A stretch of 64,000 nucleotides of DNA. It comes from an uncultured Thermoplasmata archaeon. GTDB lineage: Archaea; Thermoplasmatota; Thermoplasmata; Lutacidiplasmatales; UBA184. Shown one piece after another: positions 29,997 through 41,114 of this stretch (the first letter of the stretch is position 1; every line of letters begins with the position of its first letter). The notes below the pieces were generated by a model that saw only the letters and a list, made by a program, of their open reading frames with translations, searched no databases and had not been told where the DNA came from. The stretch is from positions 107,871 through 171,870 of the forward strand of contig CAWDQO010000005.1 in NCBI GenBank assembly GCA_963804525.1. The letters run 5' to 3'. The position numbers and the translations under genes were made by a program.

Positions 29997-31353
29997 CGCG
30001 CTCGCGATGGCGAGGGCGGGGGTCCAGGCCGCGGACCCCGGTCCAGCGGTCGCAGAGGCCCTGGGCACCACGTCGGTGACCCGATGGCTGGGCCGTGGAA
30101 CTGGCACCGTTCATCTCGTCGCGCTCGGCAAGGCGGCCCCCGCGATGACCGCCACCGCGGCCCGTTCCCTCGGCCCCCGCCTCGCCGGGGGGATCGCCGT
30201 CGTCGGCGAACCCGGCCTTCGCCCCGTGCCGAACGTGACGTTCGTCGTGGGGAGCCACCCCGTTCCGACCTCGGCAAGCTTCCACGCGGGAGAGGCCGTG
30301 CTCGCCTACGTCGGTGGACTTTCCGAGGCCGACCGCGTGGTGTTCCTGGTGTCGGGTGGCGGATCCTCGCTCGCGGAGGCGCCCGCCGGTGGGCTCGGGC
30401 TGAGCGCGGTCCGCCGGACGAACGACGCGCTCCTGGCCTCCGGCGCTCCCATCCCGGCCGTGAACACCATCCGACGCCATCTCTCCGCGCTCAAGGGGGG
30501 GCGGCTCGCCGCGGCCACCCGGGCCGGCCGGCACCTCACGCTGGCGGTCTCGGACGTTGTGGGAGACCGCCCGGAGGAGGTCGCCAGCGGGCCGACGGTC
30601 GCCGACCCGACAACGTTCGCCGACGCGCTGGCGGCGGTCGAGGAGCACCGGCTCGTCGACCGGCTCCCCCTCGAGGTCCTGGCGCATCTCCGGGAGGGGG
30701 CCGAAGGAACCTGGCCCGAGACGGTCAAGCCGGGCGACCCGCTGCTGCGCCGAGGCCGGTTTCGGCTGGTCGCGTCGAACGAACTCGCGCTCCGCGGTGC
30801 CGCCGAGGAGGCCGGACGGAGGGGGTATCGACCGACGGTTCTCGGCGGGCAGCTGACCGGGGAGACCGTGCCCGCCGCCCTGGTGTTCGTCGAGCGGATG
30901 CTCCGGAGCGAGGGACCAGGTCCGGTCGCCGTCTTGGCCGGGGGGGAGACCACTGTCACCCTTCCCGCCCACTTCGGCAAGGGGGGTCGGAACCAGGAAT
31001 TCGCCGTGGCCGCCGGCGTCGCGCTCGCGGGTCGGGCGGAGGCGGGCGTCCTTTCGATCGGCACCGACGGGATCGACGGTCCGACCGACGCGGCGGGAGG
31101 ATGGGTCGACGGGACCAGCGCGGCGACCGCCGAGGGGATGGGAATCCCGCTCGCCTCGGTCCTCGCCCGGCACAACGCGTACGACGCCCTCGCGCGGCTC
31201 GGCGGGCTCGTGCGGACCGGCCCGACCGGAACGAACGTCATGGACCTGCACATCGGCCTGATCCGTCGACCTCGGGAACCCAAGCGCGCGACGAGGGCCG
31301 CTCCGACCGGCCGTGCCCGTCGGGGGGCCCGCTCGACCCCGATGCGGGCGTAG
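29980..31353 (+). CDS. Glycerate 2-kinase (DUF4147 + MOFRL)
   Basis: LGKAA, SGGGSS, KGGRLA, SDVVGD, ASGPT, GGETTV, GGRNQE, TDGIDG, TGTNVMD. Confidence 0.93.
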   Translation: MSLASDALAMARAGVQAADPGPAVAEALGTTSVTRWLGRGTGTVHLVALGKAAPAMTATAARSLGPRLAGGIAVVGEPGLRPVPNVTFVVGSHPVPTSASFHAGEAVLAYVGGLSEADRVVFLVSGGGSSLAEAPAGGLGLSAVRRTNDALLASGAPIPAVNTIRRHLSALKGGRLAAATRAGRHLTLAVSDVVGDRPEEVASGPTVADPTTFADALAAVEEHRLVDRLPLEVLAHLREGAEGTWPETVKPGDPLLRRGRFRLVASNELALRGAAEEAGRRGYRPTVLGGQLTGETVPAALVFVERMLRSEGPGPVAVLAGGETTVTLPAHFGKGGRNQEFAVAAGVALAGRAEAGVLSIGTDGIDGPTDAAGGWVDGTSAATAEGMGIPLASVLARHNAYDALARLGGLVRTGPTGTNVMDLHIGLIRRPREPKRATRAAPTGRARRGARSTPMRA

Positions 31354-31406
31354 GGGCCGCCTCGCTCCCCCGGGACGCCGAGGCGAGCCCAACGGCTTGC
31401 CGGGCG

Positions 31407-32314
31407 CTACGCGGTCGTACGGATGCGCTCGAGCTTCTCGAGGAACTCGACGCCGTCGCCGGACGACATCGGCTTGCCGTCCTCCCGGGTGAGCGGAAGG
31501 CCGGCGGTCGCGCACGCCGCCTCGGGGGTCGCGCCGCCGAGGAGCTCGCGTACCGCCCGCTGCTCCCGACGGCTGAGGGAGAGACCCTCGAGCTGGTACT
31601 CCTCGAACGCTTCCGTGGCGACGGGGGCGACCGCCGTGGCGATCGCGTGCATCTCGACCGCGTAGCGCCGGATCTCCTCCTGCGCGTGGGGGTCGAGGCG
31701 GAGCGAGAGGAAGTGGAGGAGGTTGTGCAGGTCGGTCTTCCAGTACCATTCGGTGTAGTACGCGAGCGGGAGGACGAGCCGGGCCGTCTCCCGTGCGACC
31801 CCCGCTGCGAGGGCCGCCTGGTACGAGGTGTAGGCGTCGGCGGAGACCCGCTCGAGGTCGGACCGGAACTTCTCCGCCACGCCGGGCGGAAGCGCCCCCC
31901 CCGGCCCTGCCGGTTGCGCTTCGACTGCTCCCGAATGTCCTCGAGCGGCGGAAGGTCGAACTCGTCTGGCACAATGGAATACCGTGCAGAGGTTTCATTC
32001 AGATTGGCGGTTCTGTGCCGCACCATTTGGCGGGCGACGTAAATCGGAAGCCGGATCAGGAACTTCAGCTCGACCATCTCGAACGGCGTGGTGTGTCGGT
32101 GCCGCATCAGATACCGAACGAGGCCGCGGTCGTCGCGGACGCTCTTCGTTCCGGCGCCGTACGAGACCCGGGCCGCCTGGACGACCGCGGCGTCGCCGCC
32201 CATGTAGTCCACGAGGACGACGTACCCGTGGGTGAGGACCGGACGCTTCACGCCGATCAGCGCGTCGGCCGCCGGGATCGACGGTCGGCGCATCGGCCCG
32301 CCCTCCTCGGCCAT
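31407..32314 (-). CDS. thyX: FAD-dependent thymidylate synthase; frameshift near 31890
   Basis: AARVSY, HTTPFE, RHRTANLNETSARY signature, ARLVLP, FLSLR..HAQEEIR. Confidence 0.95.
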
Positions 32315-32411
32315 TCGGGCCCCGGAGCGGCGTCGGCCGATAAAGGCGAGTGGCCCCGGACGCGCGGCAAATGGTTTAGTCGGGCCCCGGCTCGACGAGG
32401 TGGGAGGGACG

Positions 32412-34686
32412 ATGGGGCGGGTGTTCATCGGGGTGTCGTGGCCGTACGCCAACGCTCCCCAGCATCTCGGGCACCTCGCGAGCACGTACGTCCCCGCCGA
32501 CATCTTCGCCCGGTTCCACCGGCTCCGCGACGACCAAGTGCTGATGGTCTCCGGGTCGGACATGCACGGGACACCGATCCTGATCGCGGCGGAGAAGGCG
32601 GGCACCACCCCGGCCGAGCTCGCCGCCCGGTTCCACGCGGTCAACTCGGCCACGTTGGCGCGGCTCGGCATCACGTTCGACGTGTTCACGACGACCCACA
32701 CGGTCCTCCACGAGCGGCAGGTCCACGAGGTGTTCCTCGCCCTCCTCGAGGCGGGGTACATCCGCCGTCGGACGGCCGACGCGGCGTACTGTCCGACCGA
32801 CCGGAGGTTCCTCCCGGACCGGTACCTCGAGGGGACGTGCCCGCACTGCGGGTTCGAGAAGGCGCGGGGCGACGAATGCGATAACTGCGGCCGGCCGCTC
32901 GAGCCGAGCCAGCTCGGCCACCCCCGCTGCGCGCTCGACGGGACCCCCGCCGAGTTCCGCCCGTCGGAGCACTTCTATCTCGAGCTCGACAAGCTGCAGC
33001 CGAAGCTCGCCGAGTACATCGCCCGCGAGGGGCCCCACTGGCGGCCGGGGGTCGTCCGGGTCGCCGAGAACTTCCTCACCGAGGGGCTCCATCCGACCCC
33101 AATCACCCGCGACCTCGACTGGGGGGTGAGCATCCCGCTCGAGGGGTACGATACGAAGCGGATCTACGTCTGGTTCGAGGCGCTCGTCGGCTACCTCTCC
33201 GCGAGCCAGGAGTGGGCGATCCGGTCCGGCCGGCCCGACGCGTGGCGGCAGTACCTGGGAGGCCCGCGAACCGGTCCGGCACTACTACTTCGTGGGGAAG
33301 GACAACAAGTTCCACCACACGATCGTCTGGCCGTCGATGCTCCTCGGCGTCGGGGGGCTCCACCTCCCGTACGACGTACCGGCGAACGAGTGGATGACCC
33401 TCGGGGGCCACAAGGTCTCGAAGTCGAGGACGCAGGAGCAGGACGCGTTCCTGCCCACGCTCCTCGAGCAGTACACCCCGGACACGATCCGGTTCTACAC
33501 CGCGCTCCTCGCCCCGCAGAACCACGACACCGAGCTCGACTGGGAGGAGTTCGAGCGAGTCCACGACGAGATCCTCTCGAACCAGTATGGGAACCTCGCC
33601 CAACGCCTTCTCGTCCTCGTCCGGGACCGCTACGGGGGCGTCGTTCCCGCTCCCCCGGACGGATGGTCCGCGGAGAGTTCGCCGGTCGGCCAGCGGATCC
33701 GGGCGGCGCACGCCCGGATCACGGGGGAGCTCGAGGTCGTCCACCTGAAGGAGGCGCTCGACCTCACGCTCACCGAGGTCCGCGAGGGGAACCGCAGGTT
33801 CCACGAGGCGAAGCCGTGGGCGTCGGACGAGCCCGCCCGCCGTCAGGCGATCACCGAGGGCCTGTGGCTCCTGAAGGCGGCGGCGACGTGGCTCTCCCCG
33901 TACCTCCCGTTCTCCTCGGCCGACCTGTTCCGTTCGCTCGGGTTCGCCGAGGGCCCGGGACGGGGCGACTGGGACGCCGTCGTCCAACCGGTGGCGGTCG
34001 GCCAGCCGCTCGGAGACGTCCGCCCGCTGTTTCCCCGCCTCGAACGCCCGAAGACTCCGACCGCGGCCGTGGCGGCCGCGCCCCGGAGCCCCGCTCCGGC
34101 CCCCGGTGAGGCGCTACCACCTCTCGAGATCCGGGCCGCCCGCATCGTCCACGTGGAAAACCACCCCTCCGCGGACCGGCTGTTCGTACTGACGGTCGAG
34201 GCGGGGGAACCCCGACCCCGGACCGTCGTTGCGGGTCTCCGGGATTCGTACGTCCCGGAGCAGTTGACGGGCCGGCTCGTCGCCCTCCTCGCCAACCTCG
34301 AGCCGAGGACGATCCGGAAGGTCACGAGCCAGGGGATGATCCTCGCAGCCGACATCGGCGGAAAGGCCGCACTGCTCGAGATCCCGGAGGGCGTCGAGCC
34401 AGGGCAGAAGGTCGGTGGTGCCGAGGGCCCCATCCGATCGGTCGCGTACAGCGAGTTCGAGTCGACACCCCTGCTCGTCGGCCGGTCCGGCACCCCCGCG
34501 GGGGAAGCCGGGCCGACCGTCAATGTCGGCCGTCCGCTCGGCGTCGACCGTCCGGTTCCGCCCGAGACGGCGGTCGTGGCCCGTCTAGCGAGTGCCGAAT
34601 CCCCCACCGGGGTGGTCCTCGCGTTCGACGAGACCCACCTGCTCCTCGCCCCCTCCGCGGCAGTCCCTGGGACGCGGGTCCGTTGA
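32412..34686 (+). CDS. metG: Methionine--tRNA ligase with C-terminal tRNA-binding domain; frameshift near 33255
   Basis: WPYANAPQHLGH, GSDMHG, zinc knuckles, YVWFEA, GKDNKFHH, KVSKS, HPSADRL..SQGMIL. Confidence 0.96.
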
Positions 34687-35366
34687 CGATGGGCGGATTT
34701 CGGCTCGACCTCCATCTCCACAGCACCTATTCCCCGGACTCCCGGCTGCCGCTCGAGGCGGCCGTCGGCCAACTTGGGGTCCACGCGCTGAACGGGTTTG
34801 CCCTCACCGACCACAACACGCTCGCCGGGCATGCCGCGCTCCGAGCGATGGCCGACCGGTATCCACAGTACCGGTTCATCCCCGGGGTCGAGGTCTCGAC
34901 CCACGAGGGCCACCTCCTCGTGTTCGGCGTGTCCGAGCTTCCCCCGATCCACCAGCCGGCCGAGGAGACCGTCGAGTGGGTCGAGGCGCACGGCGGCGTC
35001 GCCGTGCCGGCCCACCCCGCCCGTCATTCCCACGGGATCGGCCGCCGCCTGGCGGCCCGGCTCAAGGTACCGGCGCTCGAGACGCTCAACGGACACAACT
35101 CGGAGGTCGCCAACGCGCAGGCGACCCTGATCGCGGCGGAGCGGAAGCTCGGGGAGACCGGCGGCAGCGACGCGCACGACCTCTGGGGGGTCGGACGTGG
35201 CTACACGCTCTTCCCGGAGGGGGTCGAGTCGGTTGACCAGCTCCTCGAGGAGATCCGGCGACGACACACCCGCTCGGCAGGGGTGTCGCTCCGGTTTGCG
35301 GAGATGGCCCGGCTCGCGGTCCGGACGGTCGCGCTGCGGGTGGTCCGCGGGTTCCGGCCCATCTAG
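34683..35366 (+). CDS. PHP domain protein
   Basis: DLHLHS, TDHN, GVEVST..GHL, AHP, GGSDAH. Confidence 0.92.
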   Translation: MTMGGFRLDLHLHSTYSPDSRLPLEAAVGQLGVHALNGFALTDHNTLAGHAALRAMADRYPQYRFIPGVEVSTHEGHLLVFGVSELPPIHQPAEETVEWVEAHGGVAVPAHPARHSHGIGRRLAARLKVPALETLNGHNSEVANAQATLIAAERKLGETGGSDAHDLWGVGRGYTLFPEGVESVDQLLEEIRRRHTRSAGVSLRFAEMARLAVRTVALRVVRGFRPI

Positions 35367-35385
35367 GCGGCCCCGCCCTCACGTC

Positions 35386-35391
35386 TTTTAT
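35386..35391 (+). promoter_or_regulatory. TATA box of tRNA-Cys
   Basis: TTTTAT about 26 bp upstream of the tRNA in GC-rich context. Confidence 0.6.
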
Positions 35392-35416
35392 CGCGCGACC
35401 TCTGTGCGCGCGCCGC

Positions 35417-35489
35417 GCTGAGGTGGCAGAATGGTTAATGCGTCGGACTGCAGATCCGATTCCTGGGGGTTCGATTCCCTCCCTCAGCT
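35417..35489 (+). tRNA. tRNA-Cys (GCA), no intron, CCA not encoded
   Basis: Acceptor stem GCTGAGG/CCTCAGC, anticodon stem TCGGA/TCCGA with GCA at 35450-35452, T-loop TTCGATT, U discriminator. Confidence 0.96.
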
Positions 35490-35604
35490 CTCCGCTCCGG
35501 CCTGACGCACGGCCGCTCGCCGGGCGGAACCAGCTCCCGCGTCCACGGGGGAAGAGGTTACCGGCCGGCGCTGGATCGCGCCGGCGGTCGCGCGTCGGGT
35601 CGGC

Positions 35605-38600
35605 CTAGCTGAACGTCACGCTCTGCGACGCCGGTCCGCCATTGACCGTAATGGTCCCCGACCCCGGGGTCGCGGTGTAGCCCGTGGAGCTCACCGAGAA
35701 CGACCACGTCCCGTTCGCGATCTCGAAGTAGTGGGCCGGGAACGTCCCGATCTGGACGGCCGTGTTCAGCGTCGCCTTCCACGACTTTCCGACCGGCAGA
35801 CCCGTCTCGGAGATGGTCACCTTGTACTTCACCTTCGAGAAGTCGACCGACACCGGGACCGGTGCCCCTGCGACCGTGAACGTTCCCCGCTCGGTCGTGC
35901 TGTTCCAGCCCGGCACGTCCCCGAGGACGAACGCGTAGGACGAACCGTTCTGCTCCGAGAACGTGATCGCCGCGTGGGTCGAGTGGACCGGCGTGCCGCC
36001 GTTGACCGAGACGCTCCACGACGTGCCCGCCGGGAGGTTGTGCTCGGTGAAGGTGACCTGGTAGAGCTTCGGCGTAAAGTGGACCCAGACCGTCACGTGG
36101 CCGGCGGCGACCGTGAACGTCCCGCTCTCGATCGTCTTCCAGCCGGCGACGTAGCCGACCGCGTAGGTGAACGTCCCGTTCGCCTCGTGGTAGAGGATCG
36201 ACGTCGTGGTGACCGAGACCGGGGCCCCGCCGTTGACCGCGATGCTCCAGCTCGTCCCCGAGGGAAGTCCGGTCTCCGCGAACGTCACGAGGTACGTCGT
36301 CTGCGTGAACGTCACGTGGACGCCAACCGCGTGTCCAGCGACGGTGACCGAGCCGGTCTCGTGCTCCAGGTGCCAACCGGGGACGTACGCGGCCTGGTAG
36401 CTGTAGGCTCCGTTCGTCTCCGAGAATCCGACCGTCGTCGAGGTGGATGAGTGCAGGACCGCGTTCAGCGTGATCCCCCAGGTCGTCCCGCCCGGCAACC
36501 CAGACTCGGTGAACGTCACCGTGTACGTGGGCGTGAAGGTGACCGAGATCGAGCTCGGGGTGCTCCCCACCGTGAACGAGCCGCCCGACGGCGTCGCGTA
36601 CCCGGCCTCCGGCCCGACGGTGTAGCTGTGGAGCCCCGCCGCAAGGTCGATGGCGATGGTCGAGGTCGTGGAAGCGTAGGGTGTTCCGTCGACCGTGACC
36701 TCCCAGGGGGTGCCGCCCGGGAGGCCGGACTCGGTGAACGTCACGGTGTTGCCGACGACCGCCGCGAAGAACGGTGGGTCGGTGGTGATGTTCAGGACCG
36801 CGAGCGGGACCGTCGTGTTGACGAACTGATCTCCGCCGAGGTACGCCCAGGTCACGCTGTCGTAGGCGTCGAGGACCTGGATCGAAGCGGTCCCAATCGC
36901 TCCCTCCCCGGTCGGCTGGCTCGCGCCGCTCGACCCGGTCGTCGTCGTGCCGACGAAGACGTTCGAGCCGATCGTGTAGGTTCCCTGGTCGACCATCAGG
37001 CCCACCGCGCCGGTCGCCGTGTTGTCGACCGTGTTGCCGGTGATGCTGACCGAGGGGGTTGCGTCCTGGCTCGAGGTCTCTTGGTTGAGCTCGAGCGCGA
37101 TGCCGAACGCGCCGCTGGCGGTCACGGTGTTATCGGAGACCGTGATCGGCCCAGCGCTCGGGCTCGCGGCGAACGGCCAGCCGGGGCCGGGGACGGACCG
37201 TAGGCGTAGGAGACGATGCCGATCCCGATCGCGTTGTCACCGATCGTGTTGTGGCTGAGGGTGCACGTCGCGAGGCACTGCGCGAAGACGCCCGTCGCTT
37301 GGCTGTTCGGCCACCAGCCGGCGCCGTTCATCCACGAGTACCCCGAAACGGAGTTCCCGGTGATCGTGGCGTCGTCGGCGAAGACGTAGAGCCCGCTTCC
37401 CGGCGCCGCCGGGGTCGGGGCGGTCACGGTGTTGTCCTCGGTCGCAACGGCGCCGGTGGGGCCGACGATTGCGGAGAGTCCGGAAGAGAACCCGGTGAGG
37501 GTGTTGTCGTTCGCGACCACGCTCGCCCCGTAGAGGGCGAGGCCATCCGACGCGCCGCCGGTTGAGCCCGCGGAGACGTTGGTGAAGTCGTTTCCGTTGG
37601 CGACGAAGCTCCCCGAGAGCGACGCGGTCACTCCCGGCTGGAACGAGCTGACGTCCCCAAGCAGGGCGCCGCTCACATTCGCGCTCGCGGTGTTGGAGAG
37701 GAGCGAGTCGGTGAACGTCGCTCCGGTCGTGGTCTCGAACTCGTAGGAGACGTTGACGTTCGTCGCGGAGTTCCCCTCGACCGTCGCGTTGTCGTCGAAG
37801 ACGAGAACGCCGACGTTCCCGTCCGCGAACGTGTTGTCCCCGACCAGGTCGAGGAACGGCGTCGTCGCATAGACCGCCGACGGGCCACCGACGTCGGTCC
37901 CGTTGAAGTCGAGGACGACCCCGTAGTAGCCGGCGCTCGCGAAGTCGTTCTGCCACGCCGAGACCGGGCCGCCGATGCTCCACAGTCCGACCTGGTTGTT
38001 GCTCAGGTGGTTGCCGGAGACGTTGACGACCGACGGAGGGCTAAGGACGAGGATGCCACCGGACCAGTACCTCGTCATTGCCCGACGCGCAGCTCGAGCC
38101 GTCGTTGAAGTAGTTCTGCTCGAGGCAGGCGCCGGGGGTGTAGACGTTGCCGCTCACGGTGTTGTCGCGGATGGATCCGGCCGCGCCCCAGAACTGGATG
38201 CCGTTCGTCGCGGCGTACCCGGACCCCATCGGCGTCGCGCTGATGGTGTTCCCGGTGACCGTGCAGACGAGGCCGACGTCGTTGCAGGTGATGCCGTTCT
38301 TTCCGAACCCCGAGACGGTCGAGCTGAGGACCTGGACCGCCTGGTCGACGACCGTGTTGGTGCTGAAGAAGCCCGTGTTGGCGTAGATGGCGTTCTGGCC
38401 CTGGCAGCCGCCGTTGGACGAGATGCCCGTGACCGAGTCGGCGTAGAGCGCCGCGGTGGAGTTCCCGAGGTAGACGCCGTAGAAGTTCGCCCCGCAGTTG
38501 TTCTCCACGCTGGCCAGCGCCGCCGAGCCGTCGACGTCGATCCCCGTGATGTTGAGGTCCGTGTCGTTCCACGCCCCGACGACGGCGTACGCCGCGGCGC

Positions 38601-38976
38601 CCGAGTCGAGGTCCATACCGTTCGCGCCGACCGACGTCGGCTGGAGGAGCGTGCTCGAGTTTCCGCTCCCGAGGAGCGTGAGGTCCGTGGTCGAGTTGAT
38701 CGTGAGTTGTTCCGGATAGGTGCCGGGTCCGATGCAGATCACGGTGTTCGCGGTGGCGCCGTTGATCGCGGTCTGAATGGCGTTGTTCCCGACGTTCTCC
38801 GAGGAGATCGTCACCGTGCACGTCGGGCCCCCTGCGGTGGACAACGCGGCTGCCGGGACGCTACGCAGCGAACCCGACGCGCCGGTGCCGAACGCACCGA
38901 CCGCTCCAAACGCCGAAATTACGAGCACACTCAAGACGACAAACGCCAACGCTTTCGATCCCCGGACTGCGACCAC
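35605..38976 (-). CDS. Large secreted protein: right-handed parallel beta-helix + 5 Ig-like repeats (thermopsin C-terminal type); frameshifts near 38071 and about 37170
   Basis: Signal peptide, IQTAINGA..ICIGPGTYPEQL cap, Asn-ladder repeats, five VTF(T/A)E.(G/N)LP.G..W repeats. Confidence 0.8.
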
Positions 38977-39168
38977 GGCAAGACACCTGCGGGAGCGCGG
39001 ACCTTCTCAAAGCACATCAAGCCTCCGCCGTTTCAGGCGTCACTGTCGTGCTGTGGCATGCCGCGACGTGCGGCGCGAGACCGGGACCGCCCCGAACCCG
39101 GGCCAGCGGGCGGCGATACGATTCGTCCGGCCGGATTCTAATACTGGTTCCTCGGACTCATCGATACG

Positions 39169-40236
39169 ATGGCGTCGCCGCTCCCCGCTTCGCCGGTGCC
39201 CGGGGCCGGAGAAAGCGTGCTCACCCTCCCCCGGATCCCCCCGATCCTCGCGCGGAACCTCCCCTGGATCCTCCTCATCGTTGCCTCGATCACGTTCGCG
39301 GAGTTTCTCACGGGGTCGACCCCTGTGCTGGTCCCCCTGCTCGACCCCCTGAGCGCTGTGTTCCTCATCGGTCTCTACGGGGCCGGCGTGATCCTCGTCC
39401 GCGAAGCGGCGATCCGGTGGAACAAGGGGTGGCCGACGATCCTCCTCCTCGGCGCGGCGTACGGCATCGCCGAGGAGGGGATCGGCACGAAGACGTTCTT
39501 CGGGCCGCTCGGGGTCGGGTACCTCGGGGTGTACGGGCACTTCGCGGGCGTGAACTGGGTCTGGGCCACCGAGCTCGCCCTCTTCCACTCGGTCTGGAGC
39601 ATCACGCTTCCGATCGTCGTCGTGGGCCTCGTCTTCCCCGGGACGATCGGTGTCCCGTTCCTCCGGAGCGCCCGGGCCCGCTGGGGAGTTCTCGCCGTCT
39701 TCGTCGCGACCGTGGGGGCGATGTTCGTCCTGTTCAATCGCCCCGAAACTCCCGGGGTCGGGCTCCTCCTCGCGGCCCTCGTCGCCATGGCGGCGCTCGT
39801 CGTCGCCGCCCGACGGGCTCCCTCCTCGCTCGGCGCGCTCGGGTTCGGCCGGGCGCCGCTCGACTCCGGACCGTCGCCCCTGGTACTGGGGGCTCTGTTC
39901 GTCTGGGGGTTCTTCGGCCTCGCGTGGGTCGGCCCGCGCCTCGTGGGGATCCCCGCCGTCGTAGCGCTCGCCATTCTGGGGTGGTGCCTCCTGTTCGGGG
40001 TTCACATCGCCCGGCACCGGGACCGGTACGCGGCGCTGCTCCCCCGCCTCGACTTCGTCTTCGGGGCCCTCACTTTCTTGCTCGTTCTCGCCGCGGTGCT
40101 CGGTGTCTTCGGGGACTTCGGCGCCCTCCCCGTGGTCGCGGCGGTCGTCGTCGTGACCTGGAGGCTCCGCCGGCACCTCCGTGCCCCTGCCCCGCCGCTC
40201 GCCCCATGGGGCGCTACGACCGGATTCCCCACCTAG
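39169..40236 (+). CDS. Multi-pass membrane protein
   Basis: About 10 TM helices; AEFLTGS, YGIAEEG, FHSVWSITLP conserved-looking motifs. Confidence 0.75.
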   Translation: MASPLPASPVPGAGESVLTLPRIPPILARNLPWILLIVASITFAEFLTGSTPVLVPLLDPLSAVFLIGLYGAGVILVREAAIRWNKGWPTILLLGAAYGIAEEGIGTKTFFGPLGVGYLGVYGHFAGVNWVWATELALFHSVWSITLPIVVVGLVFPGTIGVPFLRSARARWGVLAVFVATVGAMFVLFNRPETPGVGLLLAALVAMAALVVAARRAPSSLGALGFGRAPLDSGPSPLVLGALFVWGFFGLAWVGPRLVGIPAVVALAILGWCLLFGVHIARHRDRYAALLPRLDFVFGALTFLLVLAAVLGVFGDFGALPVVAAVVVVTWRLRRHLRAPAPPLAPWGATTGFPT

Positions 40237-41027
40237 TGCGGCGTCCCGGAGAGTCCAAACTCGCGGTGGACGAGGGCCGGGATTTCCTCGAGCTTCCGCG
40301 CCCTGTATGAGGGGGCGAGCGGCGCCCCCGCCGTGGGAGCGAACAGCTTCCGGTACTCGGGCGCGTACTCGGTGCTCCCCTCGAACAGCACCGTTGCCCG
40401 ATACCCGGCCCCCTGCGCCCCGAGGATGTCGGACCGGCCGTCGCCGACGTGGACCGCATCCGCGGGGGACGCGCGGAGCCGTCCTAAGGCAAACTCGAAC
40501 AGCTGGCGGCTCGGCTTCGTCCACGGGTGCTCGTCCGACCAGACCAGGGCGTCGAACGACCGAAGGAGACCGCTCTGCTCGAGGACCCGGGTAAACGCCC
40601 GACCGGGCTCGCCGACCGTGTTCGAGATCACGGCGAGGCGACACCCATAGCCGCGGAGCGACTCGAGCGTCGCCTTCCCCCCGCGGACCGCACGGAACGG
40701 CGTATCGTAGACGAGCCGCTCGAGCCGGCGCTCGTACGTCTCCGGACGCGGGTCCCGGCCGGCGAGCGCGCCGGCTCGCCGAAGCTGGTCGGCCGAGGTG
40801 ACGGTCGACCCGCCCTGGGCCGCCGCGACCGCCTCCTCGTACGCCTGTCGGAACGCCGCCCACGGGTCGAGGGCCGTCGTGACGTCCGCGGCGAGCGGTC
40901 CCTCCGGAGCCTCGGCGACCGCCTCCCCCCCGAGCGCCCATTGCCGTCGCAGGTACTCCCCCTCGGCGAACGGGGGGAGGTCGACGAGCGTGTGCCAAAA
41001 GTCGAAGGTAACTGCGTGGACCGGCAT
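40233..41027 (-). CDS. HAD superfamily hydrolase
   Basis: FDFWHTL, VISN, KP, HVGD..SDILGA. Confidence 0.9.
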   Translation of the reverse strand: MPVHAVTFDFWHTLVDLPPFAEGEYLRRQWALGGEAVAEAPEGPLAADVTTALDPWAAFRQAYEEAVAAAQGGSTVTSADQLRRAGALAGRDPRPETYERRLERLVYDTPFRAVRGGKATLESLRGYGCRLAVISNTVGEPGRAFTRVLEQSGLLRSFDALVWSDEHPWTKPSRQLFEFALGRLRASPADAVHVGDGRSDILGAQGAGYRATVLFEGSTEYAPEYRKLFAPTAGAPLAPSYRARKLEEIPALVHREFGLSGTPH

Positions 41028-41114
41028 CGAGGAGCCCGTCGGCGGTCCGACCGCCCGGTGTTTCGCCGAACGCGCGGGGAAACATGAAGGTCCGGCCGGC
41101 CGTCGCGGGGCGCG

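Noticed and set aside
23321-34686. Frameshifted pus10, tRNA thiolase, thyX and metG as pseudogenes or programmed frameshifts
   Set aside because: Single indels with no other decay, at homopolymers or GTAC sites, in essential genes; assembly error is far more likely.
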